Assembly (NCBI RefSeq): GCF_004010195.1
Contig: NC_057754.1
Coordinates: 4,341,681-4,405,680, forward strand
DNA from: Chiloscyllium plagiosum
Lineage: Eukaryota
Length of the DNA: 64,000 bases
Direction: 5' to 3'
Below the pieces are notes generated by a model. It did no database searches and was not told where the DNA came from. It saw only the letters and a program-made list of their open reading frames with translations. Each line of letters starts with the position of its first letter. Position 1 is the first letter of the stretch. This document shows, in pieces, positions 1-11,835 of this stretch. Both the position numbers and the translations under genes were made by a program.

Positions 1-363
1 CCCAGGGCATCAGTGTGGACTTCAACAGTTTCCTAATTTCCCCTTCCCGCACCTCACCCTAGTTCCAAACTTCCAGCTCAGCACTGTCCCCATGACTTGT
101 CCGGACTTGTCCTACCTGCCTATCTCCTTTTCCACCTATCCACTCCACCCTCTCCTCCCTGACTTATCACCTTCATCCCCTCCCCCACTCACCCATTGTA
201 CTCTGTGCTACTTTCTCCCCACCCGCACCCTCCTCTAGCTTATCTCTCCACGCTTCAGGCTCACTGCCTTTATTCCTGATGAAGGGCTTTTGCCCGAAAC
301 GTCGATTCCGAAGCTCCTCGGATGCTGCCTGAACTGCTGTGCTCTTCCAGCACCACTAATCCA
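1..363 (+). mobile_element. Penelope-like element 3' terminus (pLTR), runs off the window start
   Basis: Pyrimidine-rich UTR followed by cctgatgaagggcttttgcccgaaacgtcgatt...ggatgctgcctgaactgctgtgctcttccagcaccac; same family recurs near 22745 and 61010. Confidence 0.7.
276..303 (+). ncRNA. Minimal type I hammerhead ribozyme core
   Basis: CUGAUGA-A-GGGC(UUUU)GCCC-GAAACGUC: both conserved boxes, perfect 4-bp helix II, palindromic ACGU in place of helix III, GUC cleavage triplet; helix I weak. Confidence 0.7.
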
Positions 364-987
364 TAATATTTTTATTCTACCTTGGCTCTGTAAGAATTTT
401 TAAGGCCCTTGATAAAAATGGATATCTAACCATCTTTGCTTTGAAGTTTACAAACTCCTCAATCTCAAAAGCCTTTGTTAGGAGGATGGAATGTTCCAAA
501 CGTACAATAAATCTTCACCTGACAAAGCACGTCTTGATATCGCTTCTTGGGTTGGGATGTCTGGTTGGCATGGACGGGTTGGACCGAAGGGTCTGTTTCC
601 TAGCTGTACATCTCTATGACTCTAATTTTAAGATTATTACTCTCGCCATGGATTCCCATCCCACAGCAGAGCAAACATTTTCCCTCTAATCAGTGGCATC
701 GAGTTAATTCTCTGGGAATACAAAGCACAGCAGCTGATGGGATTTAAATTCATTAGATTCGGAATAGAAAGTAATCTCGGCAACAGTGACTGAGAAAATG
801 ATTACTTCCAAATGTTTGTGGAATGCAGGTGTTACTGGAGAAGGTGGTGATGAGCTGCGTTCTTGAACGAATGCAGTCCGTGCGGTGTATGGATTCCCAC
901 TATGCTGTTAGGAAGCGAGGAGGTGAGGACTTTGACACTGCAGGAGCAACCAATGCATGAGCAAAATACCTGGGGGAACTTTTGAGA

Positions 988-1315
988 TTGGCTCAGTGGA
1001 TAGTACTGCTGCCTCACTGGGACTCGGGTTCGATTCCACCCTCGGGCAACTGTCTATGTGGAGTGTGCACGTTCTCCCTGTGTCTGTGTGAGTTCCCTCC
1101 AGGTGCTCCGGTTTCCCCCCCACAGTCCAAAGATGTGCAGGTTAGGGTAGATTGACTGTGCTGAATTGCCCCCTAGTGTAAAGGGATGTGCAGGCTTGAT
1201 GCATTAGGAATGGGGGTGTTTATAGGGTATGGGGGGGTGTCTGGGCAGGATGCTTATGGAAGAGTTTGCGTGGACTCAATGGGCTGAATGCCTGCTTTCA
1301 CTCTCTAGGGATTTT
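988..1315 (+). mobile_element. HE1-type V-SINE
   Basis: A-box tggctcagtgg, B-box ggttcgattcc, V-core cccacagtccaaagatgtgcaggttag, LINE-derived tail. Confidence 0.85.
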
Positions 1316-1908
1316 AAGTTGGGATGGTGAGTGACTCAGAGGAGAGATTTCACCTGTCCCAACATATCTGCTGCTCTGGTCTATCTAGGTATGCAGGTCG
1401 CGTGTTTGGAAGGTTCTGTTGATCACTTGATTGTACCATCTGATTTACTAAATTCCTTGAAAGAAGGAAATCTATTACTCTTAACCCACAGCGATGTAGT
1501 TGACTCTTTCTGAAATGGCCACTCAGTTCAAGGGGCAATTAAGAACGCGCAACAAATGCTGGTGTTGCCAACAGCGCCCGCATACATTGAAAGAACGACG
1601 AAGGGAAAAAAGTCCTTTGATGATTCCCACATCTCAATGTATATCACACCTTAATCTCCGAGACTTGTGGGAACATGGTCCGTATCTCAATGGGACCGGC
1701 CTACAATTTAACCCCATCAGTCCCAGTACCATTATAGTGAGGCTGAATGATCTCAGACAGTGGCCATAGCATGGAGCCTTTGCTGAGGAGCGAACTGGGC
1801 ACAGACATCCAGCAGGAGGCAGCGGAGTTCAATCACCAAGGGAATTTCAGATTCCCAACACAGATTACAGGCAATTCTAAATGTCTGTATCGTCATTTCA
1901 TCTAGGGA

Positions 1909-4900
1909 CAGTGAGATCAGAGTGTACCAGGGATCAATCCTGGGGATCAGTGAGATCAGAATGTATGAGGGATTGATCCTGGGGATCAGTGAGATCAGGG
2001 CGTACCAGGGATCAATCCTGGGGATCTGTCAGATGGGAGTGTACCAGGGATCGATCCTTGGGATCAGTCACATGGGAGTGTACCAGGGATTGATCCTGAG
2101 GATCAGTCAGATGGGAGTGTACCAGGGATCAATCCTGAGGATCAGTCACATGGGAGTGTACCAGGGATTGATCCTGGGGATCAGTCAGATAGGGGTGTAC
2201 CAGGGATTGATCCTGGAGATCAGTCACATGGGAGTGTACCAGGGATCGATCCTGGGGATCAGTCAGATGGGAGTGTACCAGGGATCGATCCTGGGGATCA
2301 GTCAGATGGGAGTGTACCAGGGATCGATCATGGGGATCAGTCAGATGGGAGTTTACCAGGGATCAATCCTGGGGATCAGTGAGATAGGGGTGTACCAGGG
2401 ATCGATCCTGGGGATCAGTCAGATGGGAGTGTACCAGGGATCGATCCTGGGGATCAGTCAGATGGGAGTGTACCAGGGATTGATCCTGGGGATCAGTCAG
2501 ATGGGAGTGTACCAGGGATCGATCATGGGGATCAGTCAGATGGGAGTTTACCAGGGATCAATCCTGGGGATCAGTGAGATAGGGGTGTACCAGGGATCGA
2601 TCCTGGGGATCAGTGAGATAGGGGTGTACCAGGGATCGATCCTGGGGATCAGTCAGATGGGAGTGTACCAGGGATCGATCCTGGGGATCAGTCACATGGG
2701 AGTGTACCAGGGATCGATCATGGGGATCAGTCAGATGGGAGTGTACCAGGGATTGATCCTGGGGATCAGTCAGATGGGAGTGTACCAGGGATCGATCATG
2801 GGGATCAGTCAGATGGGAGTGTACCAGGGATCAATCCTGAGGATCAGTCACATGGGAGTGTACCAGGGATCAATCCTGGGGATCAGTGAGATAGGGGTGT
2901 ACCAAGGATCGATCCTGGGGATCAGTCAGATGGGAGTGTACCAGGGATCGATCCTGGGGATCAGTCAGATGGGAGTGTACCAGGGATTGATCCTGGGGAT
3001 CAGTGAGATAGGGGTGTACCAGGGATCGACCCTTGGGATCAGTCACATGGGAGTGTACCAGGGATTGATCCTGGGGATCAGTCAGATGGGAGTGTACCAG
3101 GGATCGATCCTGGGGATCAGTGAGATAGGGATGTACCAGGGATTGATCCTGGGGATCAGTCACATGGGAGTGTACCAGGGATTGATGCTGGGGATCAGTC
3201 AGATGGGAGTGTACCAGGGATCGATCCTGGGGATCAGTGAGATAGGGATGTACCAGGGATTGATCCTGGGGATCAGTCACATGGGAGTGTACCAGGGATC
3301 GATCATGGGGATCAGTCAGATGGGAGTGTACCAGGGATCGATCATGGAGATCAGTCGGATGGGAGTGTACCAGGGATTGATCCTGGGGATCAGTCAGATG
3401 GGAGTGTACCAGGGATCGATCCTGGGGATCAGTGAGATAGGGATGTACCAGGGATCGATCCTGGGGATCAGTCAGATGGGAGTGTACCAGGGATCAATCC
3501 TGGGGATCAGTGAGATAGGGATGTACCAGGGATCAATCCTGGGGATCAGTCACATGGGAGTGTACCAGGGATCAATCCTGGGGATCAGTCACATGGGAGT
3601 GTACCAGGGATTGATCCTGGGGATCAGTCAGATGGGAGTGTACCAGGGATCAATCCTGGGGATCAGTCACATGGGAGTGTACCAGGGATTGATCCTGGGG
3701 ATCAGTCAGATGGGAGTGTACCAGGGATCAATCCTGGGGATCAGTCACATGGGAGTGTACCAGGGATTGATCCTGGGGATCAGTCAGATGGGAGTGTACC
3801 AGGGATCAATCCTGGGGATCAGTCAGATGGGAGTGTACCAGGGATCAATCCTGGGGATCAGTCAGATGGGAGTGTACCAGGGATCAATCCTGGGGATCAG
3901 TCAGATGGGAGTGTACCAGGGATCAATCCTGGGGATCAGTCAGATGGGAGTGTACCAGGGATCAATCCTGGGGATCAGTCAGATGGGAGTGTACCAGGGA
4001 TCAATCCTGGGGATCAGTCAGATGGGAGTGTACCAGGGATCAATCCTGGGGATCAGTCAGATGGGAGTGTACCAGGGATCAATCCTGGGGATCAGTCAGA
4101 TGGGAGTGTACCAGGGATCAATCCTGGGGATCAGTCAGATGGGAGTGTACCAGGGATCAATCCTGGGGATCAGTCAGATGGGAGTGTACCAGGGATCAAT
4201 CCTGGGGATCAGTCAGATGGGAGTGTACCAGGGATCAATCCTGGGGATCAGTCAGATGGGAGTGTACCAGGGATCAATCCTGGGGATCAGTCAGATGGGA
4301 GTGTACCAGGGATCAATCCTGGGGATCAGTCAGATGGGAGTGTACCAGGGATCAATCCTGGGGATCAGTCAGATGGGAGTGTACCAGGGATCGATACTGG
4401 GGATCTGTCAGATCAGAGTGTACCAGGGATCGATCCTTGGGATCAGTCACATGGGAGTGTACCAGGGATTGATCCTGGGGATCAGTCAGATTGGAGTGTA
4501 CCAGGGATTGATCCTGGGGATCAGTCAGATTGGAGTGTACCAGGGATTGATCCTGGGGATCAGTCAGATTGGAGTGTACCAGGGATTGATCCTGGGGATC
4601 AGTCAGATTGGAGTGTACCAGGGATTGATCCTGGGGATCAGTCAGATTGGAGTGTACCAGGGATTGATCCTGGGGATCAGTCAGATTGGAGTGTACCAGG
4701 GATTGATCCTGGGGATCAGTCAGATTGGAGTGTACCAGGGATTGATCCTGGGGATCAGTCAGATTGGAGTGTACCAGGGATTGATCCTGGGGATCAGTCA
4801 GATTGGAGTGTACCAGGGATTGATCCTGGGGATCAGTCAGATTGGAGTGTACCAGGGATTGATCCTGGGGATCAGTCAGATTGGAGTGTACCAGGGATTG

Positions 4901-5575
4901 ATCCTGGGGATCAGTCAGATTGGAGTGTACCAGGGATTGATCCTGGGGATCAGTCAGATTGGAGTGTACCAGGGATTGATCCTGGGGATCAGTCAGATTG
5001 GAGTGTACCAGGGATTGATCCTGGGGATCAGTCAGATTGGAGTGTACCAGGGATTGATCCTGGGGATCAGTCAGATTGGAGTGTACCAGGGATTGATCCT
5101 GGGGATCAGTCAGATGGGAGTGTACCAGGGATCAATCCTGGGGATCAGTCAGATGGGAGTGTACCAGGGATCGATCCTGGGGATCAGTCAGATGGGAGTG
5201 TACCAGGGATTGATCTTGGGGATCAGTCAGATGGGAGTGTACCAGGGATCGATACTGGGGATCTGTCAGATCAGAGTGTACCAGGGATCGATCCTTGGGA
5301 TCAGTCAGATCAGAGTGTACCAGGGATTGATCCTGGGGATCAGTCAGATTGGAGTGTACCAGGGATTGATCCTGGGGATCAGTCAGATTGGAGTGTACCA
5401 GGGATCGATCCTGGGGATCTGTCAGATCAGAGTGTTCCAGGGATTGATCCTGAGGATCAGTCAGATTGGAGTGTACTGGGGTTGATCCCAAGAATGAGTG
5501 AGATCAGAGTGTACCAAAGGATCAGTGAGGTAGCGGTGTACCAGGGATCGATCCTGGGTATCTGTGAGATCGGTG
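1909..5575. repeat. 39-bp minisatellite, about 94 units
   Basis: Unit GGAGTGTACCAGGGATC(G/A)ATCCTGGGGATCAGTCAGATG repeated head to tail; generates the 1187-aa ORF 1922-5485. Confidence 0.97.
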
Positions 5576-6094
5576 TGTGATGAACTACCATTTTGTCCTT
5601 ATTCGTTCACGGAAGCTGGTGACAAGTCCAGCAGTTACTGACTACCTCCCACTGCCCTTTGAGGAGGCGCTGAGCTGACCCCTTGGCACACCCGCAGTGA
5701 CGTTAGGCAAAGTGTTCCAGGATCTTGACCCAGTGACAATGAAAGACCAACAGTATGTTTCCAAGTTTGGATGGTGCATGGTTTGAAGTGGAACCTGGGG
5801 ATGCCTCTGTTGACCAGAGTTGCAACTGACACAATGGTCCAAAACCTTACACTGTATCATTCCCTGATATCTAATCATGGCTCAAAGAAACAAGAGGCCA
5901 CAGATTTCTGCCAAGCACTCATCAGGACTGACACATGAGAAAAACCAGGAAGGAAACAGTCATTTATAAGTGAGCAAGAAAAGATGGTGGGGAAAGGTTG
6001 GAGTTAGGTCAGGATGGAGATACAGCAGGAGCAGTTGGCTCTCTGATCTTAGTTACACTGGTTACATATGTTCGCCGAGCTGGGAATTTGTGTT

Positions 6095-6134
6095 GCAGAC
6101 GTTTCGTCCCCTGTCTAGGTGACATCCTCAGTGC
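6095..6134 (-). ncRNA. Minimal type I hammerhead ribozyme (inverted copy)
   Basis: Reverse complement reads GCA-CUGAGGA-UGUCACCUAGACAGGGGAC-GAAACGUC-UGC; helix I GCA/UGC is fully Watson-Crick. Confidence 0.78.
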
Positions 6135-6309
6135 TTGGAAGCCTCCTGTGAAACGCTTCTGTGATCTTTCCTCCGGCATTTGTAGTGATTTGTATCTGCC
6201 GCTTCCGGTTGTCAGTTCCAGCTGTCCGCTGCAGTGGCCGGGATATTGAGTCCAGGTCGATGTGCATATTGATTGAATCTGTGGATGAATGCCATGCCTC
6301 TAGGAATTC
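6115..6309 (-). pseudogene. C-terminal fragment of Penelope-like RT/GIY-YIG ORF
   Basis: EFLEAWHSSTDSINMHIDLD resembles the (R)EFLEAWHS...SIN motif ending PLE GIY-YIG domains; frame runs into the terminal repeat and stops at TEDVT*. Confidence 0.75.
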
Positions 6310-6392
6310 CGCTGACAACCGGAAGCGGCAGATACAAATCACTATAAATGCCGGAGGAAAGATCACAGAAGCGCTTCACAGGAGGCTCCCAA

Positions 6393-6432
6393 GCACTGAG
6401 GATGTCACCTAGACAGGGGACGAAACGTCTGT
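6393..6432 (+). ncRNA. Minimal type I hammerhead ribozyme (PLE-associated)
   Basis: GCA-CUGAGGA-U-GUCaCCU(AGAC)AGGgGAC-GAAACGUC-UGU: helix I GCA/UGU, helix II of 6 bp with one mismatch, GUC site. Confidence 0.78.
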
Positions 6433-6804
6433 AACACAAATTCCCAGCTCGGCGAACAGAACCACCACAACGAGCACCCGAGCTACAAATCTTCTCCCAA
6501 ACTTTGAACTGGTTACATATGTAGCAACTCTCATTGATTAGGGCACAGGAATGGAGTTGGGATTGGCTGATTCCACAGCGCTTTCTCCATTGAAGTGTTA
6601 CAGCCAATCGGCCCATGTGTTCACGCTCTTCAAGTGGACTTTGTTACTTTGTGATAACCTCCTGTCTCTTCCCCATACCCTTGCCCGATATTTCCATCCA
6701 AAAAGACCATTCTCTTGAATGTCTTAATTCCACTTGCCTCTACCACATCTCGATAAATATTCCTTTTGCTTAGGGTCCAGGTATGTGAGTCAATTGTACA
6801 TATC

Positions 6805-7313
6805 GGCACGGCACAGTGGTTAGCGCTACTGCCTCACAGCGCCAGGGACCAGGGTTCGATTCGACGTTTGGGCGACTGCCGGTCTGGAGTTTGCAAGTTC
6901 TCCCCGTATCTGCGTGGGGCTTCCTCCGGGTGCTCCCGTTTCCTCCCACAGTCCAAAGATGTGCAGGTTAGGGCGGATTGGCCATACTAAATTGTCCCAT
7001 AGTGTCCAGGGATGTACAGGTTAGGGTGGATTGGCCATACTAAATTGTCCCATAGTGCCCAGGGATGTGCAGGTTAGGGTGGATTGGCCGTGCTAAATTG
7101 CCTCATAGTGTCCAGGGATGTGCAGGTTAGGGTGGATTGCCCATGGCAAATTGCTTTGTAGAGCCCAGGGATGTGTAGGTTAAGTGGATGAGGCATGGAA
7201 AATGCAGGGTTACGGGGATAGGGTAGGGGCTTGGGTCTGGATGAGATGCTCTTTGGAGGTTGGTGCAGACTCAATAGGCTGAATGGCCTCTTTCTGCACT
7301 GCAGGAATTCTAT
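6805..7313 (+). mobile_element. HE1-type V-SINE with about 4 internal 53-bp repeats
   Basis: tRNA-like head, V-core, repeated gatgtgcaggttagggtggattggcc...catagtgtccagg, tail ...gaattctatg. Confidence 0.88.
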
Positions 7314-7434
7314 GATAGTTGTCCAATAGCCTCCTTCATCTGCACACATGAATTGTTGGAGGAAAAAAAGGGCAGAGATTCACTCACTGTGTTTTCTACT
7401 GTACTGGCTGTCACACAGTGAACTGAGAAAGATT

Positions 7435-8252
7435 TAAAAAGGGCAACTTTTTCACAGGGGGTGGTGTGTGTGCAGGATGCGCTGCCAGAGTAAATGGTGG
7501 ATGGGGGTACGATTACAACATTTAAAAGACATGTGGATGGGTATATAAGCAGGTAATGTTTAGAGAAATGTGGCCAAACACAGGCAAATGGGACTAGTTT
7601 AGTTTGGGAAACTTCATCAGCATGGAGGTCATGAATCATTGACGTGTACACAATGGAAACTGACCTTTTGGTCCAACTCATCCATGCCGACCAGATATCC
7701 TAAATTGATCCTGTCCCATTTGCCGGCATTTGGCCCATATCCCTCTCAACCTTTTCTATCCATGTCCTCATCCAGATGCCTTTAAATGCTGTCATTGTAC
7801 CAACTTCCATCACTTCCTCTGGCAGCTTGTTCCACACACGCCCCACCCTCTGTGTGAAAAAGTTGCCCCTTAGGTCCCTTTTCATAGAAGCTCTACATTG
7901 TAGGAGCAGGCCATTCGGCCTACTGAGTCCACACCGACCCTCCGAAGAACATCCCACCCAGACCCACACCATCACATCCCTGTAACTCCAGATTTCCCAT
8001 GTCTAATCCATCTAGCCCATACATTCCCGGACACCATGGGCAACTTAGCATGGCCAATGCACCTAACCTACACATCTTTGGACTGCGGGAGGAAACCCCA
8101 TGCTGACATGGGGAGAACATGCAAACTCCACACAGATAGTTGCCTGCCCGTGGCACTTACAGGTGACAGCGCTAACCACTGAGCCACCGTCTTTCCCCCT
8201 CTCATATGTTGGTCCAAAGTGTCTGTTTCCGTGCAGTGTAACTCTATGACTC
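7435..8252. mobile_element. Nested cluster: HER1/CR1 3' end (+) interrupted by HER1/CR1 3' end (-), itself interrupted by HE1 SINE (-, about 7884-8190)
   Basis: RGNFFTQRV..WN.LPEEV coding remnant on minus strand; plus-strand tail resumes near 8207 (ttggtccaaagtgtctgtttccgtgc). Confidence 0.75.
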
Positions 8253-8641
8253 TCCAAGAATGGAATTGTCAGTGACCAAAGAGTCAAGAGATGAGGGGCG
8301 TGGGGGAATCTGCAGAGGTGTGCGACTTTGGGAACCACAAGTTACAATGTTATGGGCTCCTCCTGAGTCTGCTACACTGCTCCCGCACCACATATTTTTG
8401 GATGCAGACTGAGATGAATTGAATATCATCTTCTGCAAGGAATCAATTGATGGTGTGGAGTCGCAATGGCTACTTTGCTACAACACCCTTTGTGGTCGAA
8501 ATAAGAAGCAGCCCTTCCAGAGAGGAAAGAAAAGTATGGGAATAAACTAATTCAATGGAGGTTATTTGTGTTGTGGATTGTGAGACTCTGCAATAATACT
8601 AACAGAGTTATTCAAAGGCTGCACTTTAAGCTGCCTCCAAA

Positions 8642-9125
8642 ACACACACTCATACACACACACTTCCACACTCTCACATACACACACACACGTGTACACA
8701 CACACAGATATACGCACTCACACACATTCGCACATACACACACATACGCGCGCACGCGTGCACACACACATGTGTGCACACAAAACACAAAAATACACAC
8801 TCATACACAGCCACAGCTAGGCACACACACTCACACATGCACACACACACACATACATATGCATACACACACTCATTCGTACACACTCACAATCACATAC
8901 ACACACGTGTGTGCGCACACACAACACATGCACACACACTCACACACAGCCACAGATCGACACATATATACACAGTCACAAATAGATACACACAGTCACA
9001 AGTACACACCCACACACCTAGATACTCTCAAGTACATACACACTCACAGATACACACACACATATACACTTTCACACGTCCACTCACACACATGCATACA
9101 CACACACACTCTCTCACACGCAGAC
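8642..9125. repeat. Degenerate (CA)n microsatellite
   Basis: About 480 bp of interrupted CA/TA/CG dinucleotides; source of the His/Thr and Cys/Val ORFs. Confidence 0.95.
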
Positions 9126-9706
9126 GCAGGTACACAAGTTCAGCCAGTACGTAGAAAAAGTACTGCACGAGATGGCAAGGACACCCAGATTCCAGAGAAA
9201 CACTTGGCCGTCTGCTTCCTAAGTGTGGCATCCTGCTGTGATCCGGAGTTAGCTGTGCCCCCCCCCCTCCTGTTGAGCTGATGGGCAGGGCTTCTGATTG
9301 GCACAACCCCCCTCTGCCCACATCCGTCCCCACCCCTATCAGCTTACAGCGCCAAAACAAAACAGACCCAGCACTGTACTCCACACTAGCCTTGACCCCA
9401 GTCAGGTTTCGGATCTCAACACTTGTAAGGGCACTGTGCATTCCACTAAATAAATGTTAGTAAATAAAAAAAAGCATTCATTGCGTGCCGAGCTTAAATA
9501 TAGACTACACTTTCTTCAGTACTGTCATGAGCCGTGTTGGACACTGTTCCTTCAATGCCAAAGTCTGGGACTAAAGCCAACCAGGACAACTCTCCTCTGT
9601 CTCCTCGTTGTTTGATAACGGATCCCCTAACCTTTCTATCACTTCCATTCAATGTATTCAATATGAACCACACAGATCAACAACTATGTCCCACCTGACA
9701 CGTGTC

Positions 9707-10025
9707 ATAGAATCCCGTCAGTTTGGAAGCAGGCCATTCGGCTCATTGAGTCCACACTGACCCTCTGAAAACATCCCAACCAGACCCAACACCCTACTCT
9801 ATCCCTGCATTTCCCACAGATAATCTACCTGGCCTAGCACACCAGCGGACACTAAGGGCAATCTAGCATGGCTGATCCACCCTAATCTGCACACCCTTTG
9901 GACTGTGGGAGGAAACCCATGTAGACACGAGGAGAATGTGAAAACTCCACACAGACAGTCGCCCGAGGGTGGAATCGAACCCTGACCCTGGTGCTGCGAG
10001 GAAGCAGTGCCAACCACTGTGCCAT
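9707..10025 (-). mobile_element. HE1-type V-SINE
   Basis: Reverse complement of head, V-core and tail. Confidence 0.85.
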
Positions 10026-10189
10026 CGTACCACAAAACAACATCCCACTGATACAGCACCCACCCCAAAATGATCTGCGGGATATCAGGATAATGCAGGA
10101 ATCATTTAGCTGGCAGATCTGAATGAATTGGAAGCCAGGCTCAATGGGCCAAATGGCCTCCTACTTCATGCTTTCCAATACCCCAAGTA

Positions 10190-11030
10190 AAAGAGACCTT
10201 GGAATGCAGGTTCATAGCTCCTTGAAAGTTGAGTCACAGGTAGACAGGATAGTGAAGAAGGCTGAAAAATGTGTTGCTGGAAACGTTGGTCCCAACCCTC
10301 GGACTCAGCACTGCCTTCCTGACCTGCAATCGCTTTTCCAGCAACACATTTTTCAGCTCTGATCTCCAGCATCTGCAGTCCTCACTTTCTCCTAGTGAAG
10401 AAGGCATTTGGTATGCTTTCCTTTATTGGTCAGAGCATTGAGTATTAGGAGTTAGGGGTCATGTTTCAGCTGAACAGGACATTGGTGAGGCTACTTTGGA
10501 ATATTGCATGCAGTTCTGGTCTTCCTATCAGAAAGATGTTGTGAAACTTGAAAGAGTTCAGAAAAGATTTACAAGCATGTTGCCAGGGTTGGAGGGTTTG
10601 AGCTATGGAGCAAAGCTGAACAGGCTGGGGCTGTTTTCCCTGGAGCGTTAGAGGCTGAGGGGTGACCTTATAGAGGTTTATAAATCATGAGGGGCATGGA
10701 TAGATTAAATAGACAAGGTCTTTTCCCTGGGATGAGGGAGTACAGAACTAGAGGGCATAAGTTTCAAGGGTGAGGGGAAAGATATAAAACGGATCTAAGG
10801 GGAACTTTTTCACACAGAGGGTGGTGCATGAGCTACCAGAGGAAGTTGTGGAGGCAGGTACAATGACAGCATTTAAAAGGCATCTGGATGGGTATATGAA
10901 TAGGAAGGGTTTACAGGGATATGGGCCAAGTGCTGGCAAATGGGACTGCATTAGGTTAGCATATCTGGTCGGCATGGACGAGTTGTACCGAAGGGTCTGT
11001 TTCCATGCTGTACATCTCTATGACTCTATA
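10190..11030 (+). mobile_element. HER1/CR1 LINE 3' fragment with nested PLE-type insertion
   Basis: RDLGMQVHSSLKVESQVDRIVKKA ... ELPEEVVEAGTMTAFKRHLDGYM, tail ctctatgactctat. Confidence 0.9.
10261..10392. mobile_element. Short fold-back PLE-terminus insertion with 13-bp TSD
   Basis: 23-bp inverted repeat 10261-10283 / 10335-10357; tagtgaagaaggc at 10250-10262 and 10393-10405; tail ctctgatctccagcatctgcagtcctcactttctcct shared with the 22672 element. Confidence 0.72.
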
Positions 11031-11179
11031 ATAATGAGAGCATAAACCAAAAATGCTAGAAATTGCTCAGCAGGTCAGGTACTATCTGTGGAGACAGTAA
11101 CAGAGCTAAAATTTTGGGTCGATTGTCAGAAACGTTAGCAATTGTTGATCTGCCAAGTAGAACATACCTAACCAGCACA

Positions 11180-11512
11180 TGGTGTGGCAGTTCAGTGGTT
11201 AGCACTGCTGCCTCACAGCACCAGGGTCCCAGGTTTGATTCCAGCCTTGGGTGACTGTCTCTGTGGAGTTTGCACATTCTCCCGTGTCTGTGTGGGTTTC
11301 CTCTGGTGCCCTGGTTTCCTCCCACAGTCCAAAGATGCACAGGTTCAGGAGGATTGGCCATGGGAAATTGCCCATAGTGCTCAGGGGATGTACATGGGCT
11401 GTTAGCCATGGGAAATGCAGGGTTACAAGGGTGAGTCTGGGTGGGATGCTCTTCAGAGGGTTGGTGTGGATTCAATGGGCCAAATGGTCTGCTTCCACGC
11501 AATATTCTATGT
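11180..11512 (+). mobile_element. HE1-type V-SINE
   Basis: Head, V-core and tail present. Confidence 0.85.
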
Positions 11513-11835
11513 GCATTATCCATAATAACCCATCACTTAGACATGTCATTTGACTTTTCCCCAGCATTTACAAGGAGTTGGTGGCATAGTGTTAAGGTTA
11601 GTAATCCGGTGATCTCGGCGAATACTCTGGGATCAGGTTTGGAACCCTGCTGTGGTGTCTAAGTCAATTAATATATCTTAACAGTGAGGACCACCATGCA
11701 ATTGTCTGTTGCCATAAAAATCCATCTGATGCATTGGAGGGAAAGAAATGGGGCCTATAGGTAACTCCAGGCCCACAACAATGGGGGAATGCTTAACAGC
11801 CTTCTTGAAAATGGTCCCTCAAGTAGGGAACAGGT

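Larger units (their letters stand above)
6070..6507. mobile_element. Truncated Penelope-like element with inverted terminal repeat (fold-back) and TSD
   Basis: 146-bp inverted arms 6070-6215 and 6312-6457 with few mismatches; direct repeat actggttacatatg(t) at 6057-6071 and 6508-6522; loop encodes a PLE endonuclease-like C-terminus. Confidence 0.88.

Noticed and set aside
988..1040. tRNA genes at the many A-box/B-box motifs
   Set aside because: Each continues directly into the V-SINE core; these are SINE heads, not cloverleaf tRNAs.
1922..5485. 1187-aa ORF as a genuine protein-coding gene
   Set aside because: It coincides with a 39-bp tandem array (a multiple of 3), starts at GTG and has no unique domain or splice context; kept only as a repeat and a finding.
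1909..5575. CRISPR-like array (also the 46-, 53- and 69-bp arrays)
   Set aside because: Units are contiguous with no unique spacers, there are no cas genes, and the context is vertebrate.
8568..9281. His/Thr-rich and Cys/Val-rich ORFs
   Set aside because: Translations of the degenerate (CA)n tract.
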